This document shows, one piece after another, positions 28,490 to 38,126 of a stretch of DNA of 64,000 nucleotides. Made by a program: the position numbers and the translations under genes. Origin of the DNA: Candidatus Omnitrophota bacterium (GTDB taxonomy: Bacteria; Omnitrophota; Gorgyraeia; B26-G9); contig JBDRPX010000038.1 in NCBI GenBank assembly GCA_043826565.1, forward strand, positions 6,334-70,333. The letters are read 5' to 3'. Under the pieces are notes generated by a model. That model was not told the DNA's origin, did not search any database, and worked only from the letters and a program-made list of their open reading frames with translations. The first letter of the stretch is position 1; each line of letters begins with the position of its first letter.

Positions 28490-28529
28490 AGCCGAGCTGC
28501 CGAGATATACGCAGTTCGGCTTTATTTTT
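28490..28529 (+). terminator. Intrinsic terminator (riboswitch expression platform)
   Basis: 9-bp stem GCCGAGCUG/CAGUUCGGC (one G-U pair) with a 12-nt loop, followed by UUUAUUUUU. It lies ~20 nt after the aptamer and 156 nt before the giant ORF start. Confidence 0.65.
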
Positions 28530-28685
28530 AATAAATAAAATAGATATATGAAAGGGGGGTGATAAACAAAAAGCATGGTACAGTCAAAATTTAGCAGAGG
28601 AACATTTATACTATTATATATATATATTATACAAATATTTTTATAACAATTCATTTAAGTTTATAACATAAAAAGGGAGGATAGA

Positions 28686-31600
28686 ATGAAAACATATTAT
28701 CGCAATTATTCTGTTTTGGTAATCTGCTGTTTCCTCGCATACGTGTTCTTACCGAGCACTGCGATGGCTCAGTCTTTTGATGATTTCATGGAGAGCGGAT
28801 TAAGTCAGGAAGTTCTTCAGGGATTATTCAATTCCAGTGATCCTATCAGCGATCAAAGTGACGCGGCAAATCTTTCACAAACCGAAATCGCTCCACCTCC
28901 TATGGTTATTACTACTTCGGGCGGGGATATTTATTTGCTTCAGGGCGATGGCGTAAAAGCTAAATTAAAAATCGATCAACAAGGGACTCTGGAAACTACT
29001 TATTCACTTGACGGTTCTGATCTCAAAATGATTAATGAATTTGGTGAAGAATTCCATTATGAATATTCTCGTGATGGACAGACCGTGCAGATTCTTAATG
29101 CCAATGACGAGGTTATTGCCACACATTCTTTTGAATTAGGTAAAGTTACTGCTTTTTCAAGTCAAGGGAAAATCACTTATCAATATGCTAATGATGGCAG
29201 TGATCGCATGATTTCCTCTACTGATGAATGGGGCAATGTAACTAATTATGATGATTTGGGCCGTCCGGCTACAATAACTGATAGTAAAGGAGTTGTTGTT
29301 GGTCAGTATAAGTTTGATAACAAAGGAAAAATAGAAACATTCACAGATCATAATGGTAGTGTAACGGTATTTGATAGTGAAGGTTTGAGACCTCTTTATA
29401 CAAAGAATGCTCAGGGAACAAAAACTCAGGAATATCGTTATGATTCAACAGGGCATCTTACCGCGGTTTTGAATAATGTAAACGGTCAGATGACGGAAGT
29501 TGAAAACGGATACTATACTATAATTTATAATACAGTTGAAGCCACTACTCCTGACGGTACTGTGATAACTGATGATGAGGGAAATCCGATACTTGAATAT
29601 GTGGCCACCGGAGTATATAGTTATGATGCCGCTGGTAATGTTGAGGCAATTAATGATGTCGGGCCTGGTGGTATTATCACCGGTTGGACTGAATATGATG
29701 ATTATGGCAGAGTTTCGGCAACCTATAATGCCGAGGGAACAAAGATCCAGGAATATGCCTATAACCAGCATGGTTTTCTGGAGATGACAATTTCCTTAGG
29801 GTCTGTTGATGCTTTGACCGGGCAGCAGACAATGCAGAGTTATACGGTTTTTGATGGTCATGGCCGTCCTAGCGAAGTTTGGCAGATCGGCGATACCGCT
29901 AGTGATAAAGTTAAGATCCAGGAATATACTTATAAGGCAGATGGGTTACTTGATGTAACTTATTCCTTGGGGATAAAGAGAGATGATTTGGGTAATGCCA
30001 TCTTAGATGATGCCGGTGAGTATGTTTACATAACTACATCTAAAACTGTTTATGATACAAAAGGCCGTCCGAATGCTGTTTATGGAATGGTTCGTGACGA
30101 AAGCGGTGAAATTGTAAATGATGATATGGGTAATCCTATTTTGGAAGTTCAGCAGAAGTATACTTACGATAACAAAGGGTTCTTATCAAAAACAACATCG
30201 TATGGGTTTGGCGGAATAAAAACAGGGGAAACAGTGTTTGATGCATATAGCCGTCCGACAGAATCTTTTAACTCATCCGGAGCTTTAACTCAGACATATA
30301 CCTATGGTAATGATGGATTTCTTAAAGAGACATCTAATTATGGTGAAAATGGAGCATTTACCGGTTATACTCTTTATGACGCAAAAGGTAAGCCAACGGA
30401 TGTTTATAACCATGAAGGAAGTCTGACCCAAAAATATATCTATGACCAGAATGGTTTATTGTTAATGAGTTTAAGTTTATCTGCGGAAGCCGGTGGTAAT
30501 GATGCAGTAGTTGCCACTCTTTCTGATAAAATGACAATCGCACAATTATGGAATAGTGAATGGGATTCTCAATATGATTTCCTTGATCCGGACAATCAGT
30601 TAACATCAGAGCACTTAATTGCAGAAGCTTGGAGTGCCTTAGAAAGTGGAGATACGGAAAAGGCAAAAGCATTTTCTCTTAAATGTATTCAGACATTCTC
30701 CGCTGATGCAACATCTCAGCAAAAGCAAAATGATTCTTTACCGGCAGGGCCGGCTATTTTTGACAACTGGGCTTTAAATGATGTGGGAACCGGTTATTTT
30801 ATTCTTGGTCAAGCATTGGAAACAGAGGGTTCTAATGATGCCGCTGCCAGTGCTTATAAAATTCAGGCCGCTGAATTTGAATTCGCGCAATGTTGGGATC
30901 CGGCAGAAGGTAGTTTCTGGGTTGTTAGTGACGGCTCTAAAGTTCAGCTTAACGCGGATCACTTAAATGTAAACACATCAGTAGTAACCGGGTATACTCT
31001 TTTTGGCGGAGATTCCAAGCCGATCGCGTCATATCAGTTCTATGAAAAATTTGATGAAAATGGCGCAAGTCTTGGTGTCCAGGAAACCAAAGTGCAGGAG
31101 TATGTTTACACATATCAGGCAAACGTAAAAGTAATAGATCCGGTTTCCGGAGAAACTTCAACAGTCGCAGTTACTAAGAATTCCGGCTTTGTCCAGAAAA
31201 CGGTTAATTTTGGTGATATCATTGATCAGGCTACCGGAGAACAGGAAGTAACCGGATATACGACATTTGATAAGCTGGGCCGGCAGGACAGTACGTTTAA
31301 TTCAGATGACCAGCTTGTGCAAAGTTACAAATATTCCGGAGAAGGGTTTTTGAAATATACATATAGTTATGGTGCAAACAAGGCTAAAACCGGAACCACA
31401 TTGTTTGATCATTATTCACGGCCGGTAGCTAGTTTTAATATGGCCGGAACAGAAATTACTAAGATTCCGCAAGAACTTATTCGTGCTTTAGGCAGCGGAT
31501 TAACCGAAGCTGACTTAGCTAATCAGGATTGGCAGCCATATTTAAAAGGTCTAAATCAGACTTTTGAATATGACAGTAATGGATTTTTAAGTTCCAGTAA

Positions 31601-34600
31601 GTCTTATGGAGAAGGATTAGTCTTAAGTACCAGCCAAATATCCGGGCTTGTTGCGGCAATGGGATCATCTGTTGGAGATGCAGCGTACGATGTTACTTGT
31701 GATTATAATGAAGACGGCACGGTGAATTATGATGATATGGTTATTCTTAATGAGGCATTTGATGGCGCGGAAATGTTTGCGAATACATATGGCTCAAAAG
31801 CCGGCGATGGTAATTACTTCGCTCAATATGATTATGACAGCGATGGAGATGTAGATAAGAAGGATTTGTCATCATTTGGAAAGACTTTTGAGAAATCAAC
31901 AGAGTATCGGCCGACATGGACCGGTGTGACAAATTATGATAAATACGGTAAAGCAGATACTGTTATGAATGTTATCGAGGATGCTTCCGGAAATCAAGTT
32001 GAGGGAGTGCTGGTCCAGAAGTATGAGTATAATGAGCGCGGGTTTATGGAGAGATCAGTTTCTTATGGAATTCTTACTGATGATCAGGGTAATGTGATTA
32101 AAGATGGTGAGAATCCGATATCCATAGCCACAGGTTTTACACAGTTTGATGCTGGCTCACGGCCTGTAGCAACGTATAGCTTGTATGATGATGGGCTTAA
32201 TGGTTTGCAGGAATCTAAAATACAGGAATATGTATACGATAAAGGGTTCCTTACACAAACTGTTAACTTTGGTGATATCATTGATCAATCTACAGGTGAA
32301 TTGGCAAAGGCTGGTTATACTAATTTTGATAATTTTGGCCGGCAGACAACTAGTTATAACGAAGAAGGCCAAAAAACAACTGTATTTAAATATTCCATCC
32401 AGGGATTTATGTCCGAGACATACAACTATGGCAGCGGCGGAGCATATTTAGGAAAGACGGTGTTTAATAAAGCCGGCAGACCTACGGAAGCTTATAATAT
32501 GTATGCGAGCAAGAGCGGCACACAGAACGGTCTAACCCAGAAATTCAATTATAATGAGTATGGTTTTATGAGTCACAGTGAAAGCTTTGGACAGGATCAG
32601 ACTTTGACGAGTACAACTTACTATAATGGACATGGAAAAGGTTTAAGGGTAGAAAATGAAAAAGGGTTTGTAATTTCATCTTATCAGTATAATGAACGCG
32701 GATTCATGGAAAAGACTCAGAGTCTTGCGTTTATTGAAGTAACTGATCCGGCGGAAATTGCGAATCTGCAATCTCAGGGTCTTTATGTTCAGGAAACTGC
32801 AATTGATGATAATACCGGAGAAGCAGTAACCCAGGGAGGATTTTACGCGGTTACCGGGTATACGACATTTGATGCAAATTCGCGGCCAACCGAATCATAT
32901 CAGTGTTATTGGACTACTCAGGGCGAAGGTCAGGGGGTAAAGGTTCAAGAATATGTATATAAAGACGGATTCTTAGTAGAAACACTTAATTTTGGAAGGC
33001 CGGAAGGCGGAGAACAGCGAGTGGTGGGTACGACCTCGTTTGATAAATTCGGACGTCAGAGTGCTTCCTATAATGAACTAGGGCAGGTGACAACAAAGTA
33101 TCAATATTCAAACCAGGGTTTTTTAAGCGGCACAACGAATCATGGAGAAAAAGGTGTTAAGACGGGAAGTACGGAGATTAGTGCTTTAGGACGTCCAACC
33201 GCCGCTTATAACCATAAGGGTACTTTAGTTCAGGCATTTGGATATGACAGCGTTACCGGACAATTAACCGGAAGTACATCTTATGGGGAGCCGGATCCGG
33301 ATACAGGTGATCCGACTATGACTGGTACGACTACATATGATGCTTATGGTAAGGCGACAGGTGCTTATAATGATATGGGTGCTAAAGTTCAGGAATATGT
33401 TTACGATCCGCAGGGCTTTATGGTGGAAACTTTGAGCCTTGGAGATGATGACGGGAGTGGAAATCCAGTGATAACTGGTAGAACAGTTTATGATGATGCC
33501 AGTAAGCCGGTAGAATCCTACACAAGATCTAGTAGTGGTGTGGAGACCAGAGTTCAGGTGTTTGTATATAATACAGCAGTTGATTTAAGTAACTATGCTG
33601 ATTATGTAGCCAATCCTGATAATTATAGTGAGACAAAAACCGGATTCTTGAGTTCAACGTTTAGTCATGGTAAAGACAATTATCTGAGTGGATATACTAA
33701 GTTTAATCAGTATGGTCAACAGACAAACTCATATAATGAATTTAATGAGCTGACTGTGGCTTATAAATATTCTGGTTCCGGATTCATGAATGAATCATGG
33801 AGTTATGGGTTAAATAGTTTGCGTACTGGTAAAACGGTGTATTCATCTTCAGGCAGGCCGGAAGCTTCTTATAATGAAAAAGGCGCTGTAGTTCAGCAGT
33901 TTAACTATAATGCCAACGGTTTCATGGCATCAACAACGTCATTTGGCGATGTTGGAGACGATGGTAATCCTACACAGACACAGACTACCTATTATGATGG
34001 ATATGGAAAACAGACTCACAGTATGAATACCGAAGGTAGTATTGTTCAGACATTTCAATATGATGATGCCGGGTTTTTACTGAAATCTCAGGGCTGGGCG
34101 CAATATGAAGGTGTCCCGGACGGTCTAACATGGTATGAAGTTCTCGACCAGGGATATGCCGTAGAAACAAGTTATACAACATATGATAATGCTTCCAGAC
34201 CAGTTGAGTCTTATATAGTTTATCAGGGTGATTCCGGAAGAAGAGAAGTCAAGACTCAGAGTTTTATTTACAACACTGGAGTTGATTCGACTAATTACCA
34301 GGATTATTTAGCGAATCCGGATAGCTATAGCGGTACACAGACTGGTTTTATGACCCAATCTGTATCTTATACTCTAAATAACGATGAAAACGGAGCTCCG
34401 GTATCTCATGAAGCGAATGGCGGCCGGGTTGCCAATGCTGTAGGTACAGAAGTAGTTGTTTCCGGGCTGACAACATATAATAGTTTTGGGCGGCCGGATA
34501 AGACATATAATCATCTCGGGCAAGTTGTTTCGGTAAGTTCATACAATGCGAATGGGTTCTTAAAAGAAACGCAAAACTTCGGTGAGAATGGTGCATATAG

Positions 34601-35540
34601 CGGAAAACTAATTTATAATGCCGCGGGAAGACCAACCGAAGCTTATAATAACTTGCATACAAAGGTAACAGAGTATATATACAATGACCAGGGTGTTCTT
34701 TCCCAGACAGTCAGCTTTAACCAGGGACTGGTTACTCAATATACAACTTATGATATTTACTCCAAAGCTATTGAATCCAGACAGTGTTTTACCGCTGGAG
34801 AAACCACGCATAATTTCCCCAATAGTACAGGGTATCAATTTGGTGAAGGTCAGGCGAACTACAGCGTTGCCTATAATGATGATGGCAGCATATCTGAGGT
34901 TACCGGTGGTGCTTTAAGCCAGCAGAGTTTCTATAATGAGTTTGGCTTTATGAAGGCATCAGTCAGTTATGGGAGAACAGGGCAGGCGACAAGTTATGTT
35001 GTCTTTGATAAATACCAGAGGCCGACTGAGGTCTATAATATTACACCAGACGCAGGAGCTAACCGTGATGCGATAATGTCCAGTATTATCGTACAGTCTG
35101 AAGTTGTTTTAACTGGGGCTGCGGCTGAGGCTCATAATTCTGCTCGGGTACAGAAATATAATTACAATGAGAAGGGGTTCCTGGTATCAACGATTTCCTA
35201 TCAGCGTACAAAAGAATATGATGATCAAGGAAATCCGTTATCTGCAGAAACCTGGGAAAAAGAATCATCCATTACATATTACAACACTGTTGGACAGCAA
35301 ACATCTACGTATTTACTTAAGGATGATGGTACCGATGGTGCTAAACAGGCAACTTACACATACAATAACCAGGGATTCTTAACTCAGGCAGTCAATTACA
35401 ACGGCAATACGAGAACCGGTTATACAGAGTATGATGCCAGTGGTAGGCAGGTAATTAGTTATAATGCTAGTAATTCACCTGTTAATAAATACTGGTATGA
35501 TTTAAATGGGTTCTTAATCGGAAATACAAATGTTCAGTAA
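28686..35540 (+). CDS. Giant secreted YD-repeat (Rhs/teneurin-like) surface protein, 2284 aa, with an internal dockerin-like pair; no Rhs core or toxin domain
   Basis: AAAGGGAGG RBS and signal peptide 'MKTYYRNYSVLVICCFLAYVFLPSTAMAQ'. Dozens of YD repeats (e.g. 'YRYDSTGHLTAV', 'YxYNxxGFL...GYTxFDxxGRP'). Dockerin-like 'DYNEDGTVNYDDMVIL' and 'DYDSDGDVDKKDL'. No PxxxxDPxGL core. Confidence 0.85.
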   Translation: MKTYYRNYSVLVICCFLAYVFLPSTAMAQSFDDFMESGLSQEVLQGLFNSSDPISDQSDAANLSQTEIAPPPMVITTSGGDIYLLQGDGVKAKLKIDQQGTLETTYSLDGSDLKMINEFGEEFHYEYSRDGQTVQILNANDEVIATHSFELGKVTAFSSQGKITYQYANDGSDRMISSTDEWGNVTNYDDLGRPATITDSKGVVVGQYKFDNKGKIETFTDHNGSVTVFDSEGLRPLYTKNAQGTKTQEYRYDSTGHLTAVLNNVNGQMTEVENGYYTIIYNTVEATTPDGTVITDDEGNPILEYVATGVYSYDAAGNVEAINDVGPGGIITGWTEYDDYGRVSATYNAEGTKIQEYAYNQHGFLEMTISLGSVDALTGQQTMQSYTVFDGHGRPSEVWQIGDTASDKVKIQEYTYKADGLLDVTYSLGIKRDDLGNAILDDAGEYVYITTSKTVYDTKGRPNAVYGMVRDESGEIVNDDMGNPILEVQQKYTYDNKGFLSKTTSYGFGGIKTGETVFDAYSRPTESFNSSGALTQTYTYGNDGFLKETSNYGENGAFTGYTLYDAKGKPTDVYNHEGSLTQKYIYDQNGLLLMSLSLSAEAGGNDAVVATLSDKMTIAQLWNSEWDSQYDFLDPDNQLTSEHLIAEAWSALESGDTEKAKAFSLKCIQTFSADATSQQKQNDSLPAGPAIFDNWALNDVGTGYFILGQALETEGSNDAAASAYKIQAAEFEFAQCWDPAEGSFWVVSDGSKVQLNADHLNVNTSVVTGYTLFGGDSKPIASYQFYEKFDENGASLGVQETKVQEYVYTYQANVKVIDPVSGETSTVAVTKNSGFVQKTVNFGDIIDQATGEQEVTGYTTFDKLGRQDSTFNSDDQLVQSYKYSGEGFLKYTYSYGANKAKTGTTLFDHYSRPVASFNMAGTEITKIPQELIRALGSGLTEADLANQDWQPYLKGLNQTFEYDSNGFLSSSKSYGEGLVLSTSQISGLVAAMGSSVGDAAYDVTCDYNEDGTVNYDDMVILNEAFDGAEMFANTYGSKAGDGNYFAQYDYDSDGDVDKKDLSSFGKTFEKSTEYRPTWTGVTNYDKYGKADTVMNVIEDASGNQVEGVLVQKYEYNERGFMERSVSYGILTDDQGNVIKDGENPISIATGFTQFDAGSRPVATYSLYDDGLNGLQESKIQEYVYDKGFLTQTVNFGDIIDQSTGELAKAGYTNFDNFGRQTTSYNEEGQKTTVFKYSIQGFMSETYNYGSGGAYLGKTVFNKAGRPTEAYNMYASKSGTQNGLTQKFNYNEYGFMSHSESFGQDQTLTSTTYYNGHGKGLRVENEKGFVISSYQYNERGFMEKTQSLAFIEVTDPAEIANLQSQGLYVQETAIDDNTGEAVTQGGFYAVTGYTTFDANSRPTESYQCYWTTQGEGQGVKVQEYVYKDGFLVETLNFGRPEGGEQRVVGTTSFDKFGRQSASYNELGQVTTKYQYSNQGFLSGTTNHGEKGVKTGSTEISALGRPTAAYNHKGTLVQAFGYDSVTGQLTGSTSYGEPDPDTGDPTMTGTTTYDAYGKATGAYNDMGAKVQEYVYDPQGFMVETLSLGDDDGSGNPVITGRTVYDDASKPVESYTRSSSGVETRVQVFVYNTAVDLSNYADYVANPDNYSETKTGFLSSTFSHGKDNYLSGYTKFNQYGQQTNSYNEFNELTVAYKYSGSGFMNESWSYGLNSLRTGKTVYSSSGRPEASYNEKGAVVQQFNYNANGFMASTTSFGDVGDDGNPTQTQTTYYDGYGKQTHSMNTEGSIVQTFQYDDAGFLLKSQGWAQYEGVPDGLTWYEVLDQGYAVETSYTTYDNASRPVESYIVYQGDSGRREVKTQSFIYNTGVDSTNYQDYLANPDSYSGTQTGFMTQSVSYTLNNDENGAPVSHEANGGRVANAVGTEVVVSGLTTYNSFGRPDKTYNHLGQVVSVSSYNANGFLKETQNFGENGAYSGKLIYNAAGRPTEAYNNLHTKVTEYIYNDQGVLSQTVSFNQGLVTQYTTYDIYSKAIESRQCFTAGETTHNFPNSTGYQFGEGQANYSVAYNDDGSISEVTGGALSQQSFYNEFGFMKASVSYGRTGQATSYVVFDKYQRPTEVYNITPDAGANRDAIMSSIIVQSEVVLTGAAAEAHNSARVQKYNYNEKGFLVSTISYQRTKEYDDQGNPLSAETWEKESSITYYNTVGQQTSTYLLKDDGTDGAKQATYTYNNQGFLTQAVNYNGNTRTGYTEYDASGRQVISYNASNSPVNKYWYDLNGFLIGNTNVQ

Positions 35541-35578
35541 TTAGTTTTAGGTTGTTGGTTTTAGAATCAAGTGTTTTA

Positions 35579-35619
35579 AGCAACAGCTTCCTGCGAAAGT
35601 GGGAAGCTGTTGCTTTTTA
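35579..35619 (+). terminator. Rho-independent terminator after the giant gene
   Basis: 12-bp perfect stem GCAACAGCTTCC/GGAAGCTGTTGC, a 10-nt loop, then TTTTT. Confidence 0.75.
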
Positions 35620-35675
35620 ACATGTTACATTAATTAAACAACAGCTTAAAATCCCCTAATTATCTTAATTTTTCC

Positions 35676-35703
35676 TTGAATTAATTGCTGAGTTATTGTA
35701 CAA
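35676..35703 (+). promoter_or_regulatory. sigma70-like promoter (TTGAAT-16-TACAAT) for the kds-lpt-pts operon
   Basis: TTGAAT at 35676-35681 and TACAAT at 35698-35703. Confidence 0.35.
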
Positions 35704-35779
35704 TAATATATCATAGTTATCTGGGGGGATTAGCTTAATAATATGGTTATCAACGGAAGTATAAAATTTACATAATGTT

Positions 35780-36613
35780 ATGAATTTTTTAGATTTAAAT
35801 TATTTTTTTCAATCTCTCAAGAGCTTGCCGAAAAAGAAAAAGCTGTTCTTGATTGCCGGGCCTTGCGTGATTGAGTCTGAAAAAATGTGCCTTGAACACG
35901 CGCAGGTTTTAAAAGATATTTGTCTGAGTCTTAATGTGCCGTTTATTTTTAAGGCAAGTTATGATAAAGCAAACCGTACATCAGTTAGTTCCTTTCGCGG
36001 CCCGGGGATTTTAAAGGGCTTGTCTATTCTCGCTAAAATAAAGAAAAAGCTCAAAATCCCGATTATTAGTGATGTCCATAGAGTTTGCGAGGTAAAAGCA
36101 GCAGCGCAGGTTTTGGATATATTGCAGATTCCGGCATTGCTAAGCAGACAGACTGACCTGTTGATTGCTGTGGCAAAAACAAAAAAAATAGTTAATATAA
36201 AAAAAGGCCAGTTTATGGCTCCGCTGGATATCAAGAATGTGATCGCTAAAGTGAAAAGTACCGGAAATGAAAAAATTATGCTTACTGAGCGGGGAGTTTG
36301 TTTTGGATATAATAACTTAGTTAGTGATATGAGGTCGATACCAATAATGAAACAATATGGTTATCCTGTTGTTTATGACGCTACACATAGTGTGCAGCTG
36401 CCCAGCGCAGGAATCGGTACATCATCAGGAGAACGTGAGTTTGTCGAAACCTTGGCATTGAGTGCGGTTGCGGCTGGGTGTGATGGGCTGTTTATGGAAG
36501 TTCATAAGCAGCCGGGTAAAGCTCTTTGTGACGGACCGAATATGGTTGATTTTGCCGAGATGAAGAAAATTTTAGAAAAAGCATGTAAAATTAGAGAAAT
36601 AGTAAATGATTGA
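35780..36613 (+). CDS. kdsA: 2-dehydro-3-deoxyphosphooctonate aldolase (KDO-8-phosphate synthase)
   Basis: 'LFLIAGPCVIES', 'KASYDKANRTS', and DAHP/KDO8P synthase TIM-barrel motifs. Confidence 0.9.
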   Translation: MNFLDLNYFFQSLKSLPKKKKLFLIAGPCVIESEKMCLEHAQVLKDICLSLNVPFIFKASYDKANRTSVSSFRGPGILKGLSILAKIKKKLKIPIISDVHRVCEVKAAAQVLDILQIPALLSRQTDLLIAVAKTKKIVNIKKGQFMAPLDIKNVIAKVKSTGNEKIMLTERGVCFGYNNLVSDMRSIPIMKQYGYPVVYDATHSVQLPSAGIGTSSGEREFVETLALSAVAAGCDGLFMEVHKQPGKALCDGPNMVDFAEMKKILEKACKIREIVND

Positions 36614-37574
36614 AAAAAAATATGAAAAAATAGCCAGGCAGGTATTAAGATCGGAAGCAAAAGCAATAACGGATTTACTGCCGAGAATTAATAAAGATTT
36701 TGATAAGGCCGTTGAACTTATTGTCAGGTGTAAAGGCCGGATTGTTATTACCGGAATGGGTAAGCCTGGTATTATCGGAAAAAAGATTTCCTCAACCATG
36801 GCTAGTTTGGGAGTTCCCAGTTTGTATTTACATCCTGCTGATGCCGTTCACGGCGACTTAGGCCGGGTTACTAAGGATGATATTATTATCGCGATTTCCA
36901 ATAGTGGTCAGACAGAAGAAATTGTAAGACTTTTGCCGATAATTAAGAAGATCGGCGTTAAGCTGATATCCTTAACCGGTAATATCAAATCCTTACTTGC
37001 GCAATATAGCGATGTTATTCTTAACGTTGGAGTTAAAAAGGAAGCTTGTCCGTTTAATCTAGCTCCGACTTCAAGTACAACGGCAACATTGGCGATGGGG
37101 GATGCTTTAGCGGTGGCGGTGCTGGTAAGAAGCGGTTTTAAGATTGAAGATTATGCTTTTTATCATCCCGGAGGAAGCCTGGGGAAAAAATTGCTTAAAG
37201 TAAAAGACCTTATGCGTAAAGGACCGGATAATCCGATTGTCAGCGAAAAAACAATGGTTAAAACAGTTTTACTGCAGATTACTAAATCAAGGGCCGGATG
37301 TGCGGTTGTTGTAAATAAGAAAAAACAAATGATCGGTATTTTTACCGATGGTGATTTACGCCGTCATATTGAAAGTGAACCTGATTTATTGCAAAAAGAA
37401 GTACGATTGGTTATGACTAAGAAACCGATGTCGATTAATCGGGAAAAACTTGCGGTTGAGGCAGTAAAACTTCTCAAAGATAAAAAAATCGATGAATTAC
37501 CTGTTGTTGATGAACAGGGCCGGCCCGTAGGACTTTTGGATGTTCAGGACTTATTAAAAGCCGGCATAGTTTAA
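36606..37574 (+). CDS. kdsD: Arabinose-5-phosphate isomerase (SIS + tandem CBS; KpsF/GutQ family)
   Basis: SIS-domain 'GRIVITGMGKPGIIGKKISSTMASLG' and two C-terminal CBS domains. Confidence 0.9.
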   Translation: MIEKKYEKIARQVLRSEAKAITDLLPRINKDFDKAVELIVRCKGRIVITGMGKPGIIGKKISSTMASLGVPSLYLHPADAVHGDLGRVTKDDIIIAISNSGQTEEIVRLLPIIKKIGVKLISLTGNIKSLLAQYSDVILNVGVKKEACPFNLAPTSSTTATLAMGDALAVAVLVRSGFKIEDYAFYHPGGSLGKKLLKVKDLMRKGPDNPIVSEKTMVKTVLLQITKSRAGCAVVVNKKKQMIGIFTDGDLRRHIESEPDLLQKEVRLVMTKKPMSINREKLAVEAVKLLKDKKIDELPVVDEQGRPVGLLDVQDLLKAGIV

Positions 37575-37605
37575 TATTTAAGTATGAAGTTGAGTTTGTA
37601 TAATT

Positions 37606-38121
37606 ATGAATAATAAAGCTGAAAAAATAAAAGCGCTGATCGTCGATGTTGATGGGATTCTTACCAGCGGCTCTATTGTATATGGTAATTTCACCGATGA
37701 CTATCGTGCTTTTCATGTGCATGATGGTATGGGGTTTGTTTTGTGGCATAAGGCGGGATTAAAATCAGCAATAATTACTTCCAAATCATCTCGAGCAGTA
37801 AGTCGACGCGTTAAGGAATTAAAAATTGGTATAATTGCTAAGAATGTGAAAAACAAATTGGTTATTTTTAATAAAATGCTTAAAAAAATGAAGCTTAATG
37901 CAGATGAAGTTTGTTATATCGGCGATGATCTTCTGGATATGGCGGTTTTGCAAAGTGTGGGATTTTCGGCTACCGTTCCGCAAGCTTGTGACGATGTTAA
38001 AGGTTGTGTTGATTATATAACTAATAAAAGTGCCGGTAAGGGTGCGGTAAGAGAAGTAATCGAGTTAATCTTAAAATATCAAGGGAAATGGGAATCATTA
38101 GTTAAACAGTATTCTCTATAA
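37606..38121 (+). CDS. kdsC: KDO-8-phosphate phosphatase (HAD family)
   Basis: 'ALIVDVDGILTSGSIVY' HAD motif I and 'GDDLLDM' motif IV, typical KdsC size. Confidence 0.85.
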   Translation: MNNKAEKIKALIVDVDGILTSGSIVYGNFTDDYRAFHVHDGMGFVLWHKAGLKSAIITSKSSRAVSRRVKELKIGIIAKNVKNKLVIFNKMLKKMKLNADEVCYIGDDLLDMAVLQSVGFSATVPQACDDVKGCVDYITNKSAGKGAVREVIELILKYQGKWESLVKQYSL

Positions 38122-38126
38122 AAATC

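Noticed and set aside
28611-28632. CRISPR or other interspaced repeat array
   Set aside because: It is only a short TA dinucleotide tract. No direct repeats with spacers anywhere in the window.
29157-35382. Numerous 60-108 aa ORFs in other frames and strands within the giant gene
   Set aside because: All are embedded in the 6.9-kb repeat ORF, which has a strong RBS and signal peptide. The repetitive sequence yields chance open frames.
28686-35540. Rhs/Tc-type polymorphic toxin interpretation of the YD-repeat protein
   Set aside because: No PxxxxDPxGL Rhs core, no C-terminal toxin or immunity gene downstream. The ORF ends within a repeat and is followed by a strong terminator and kdsA.
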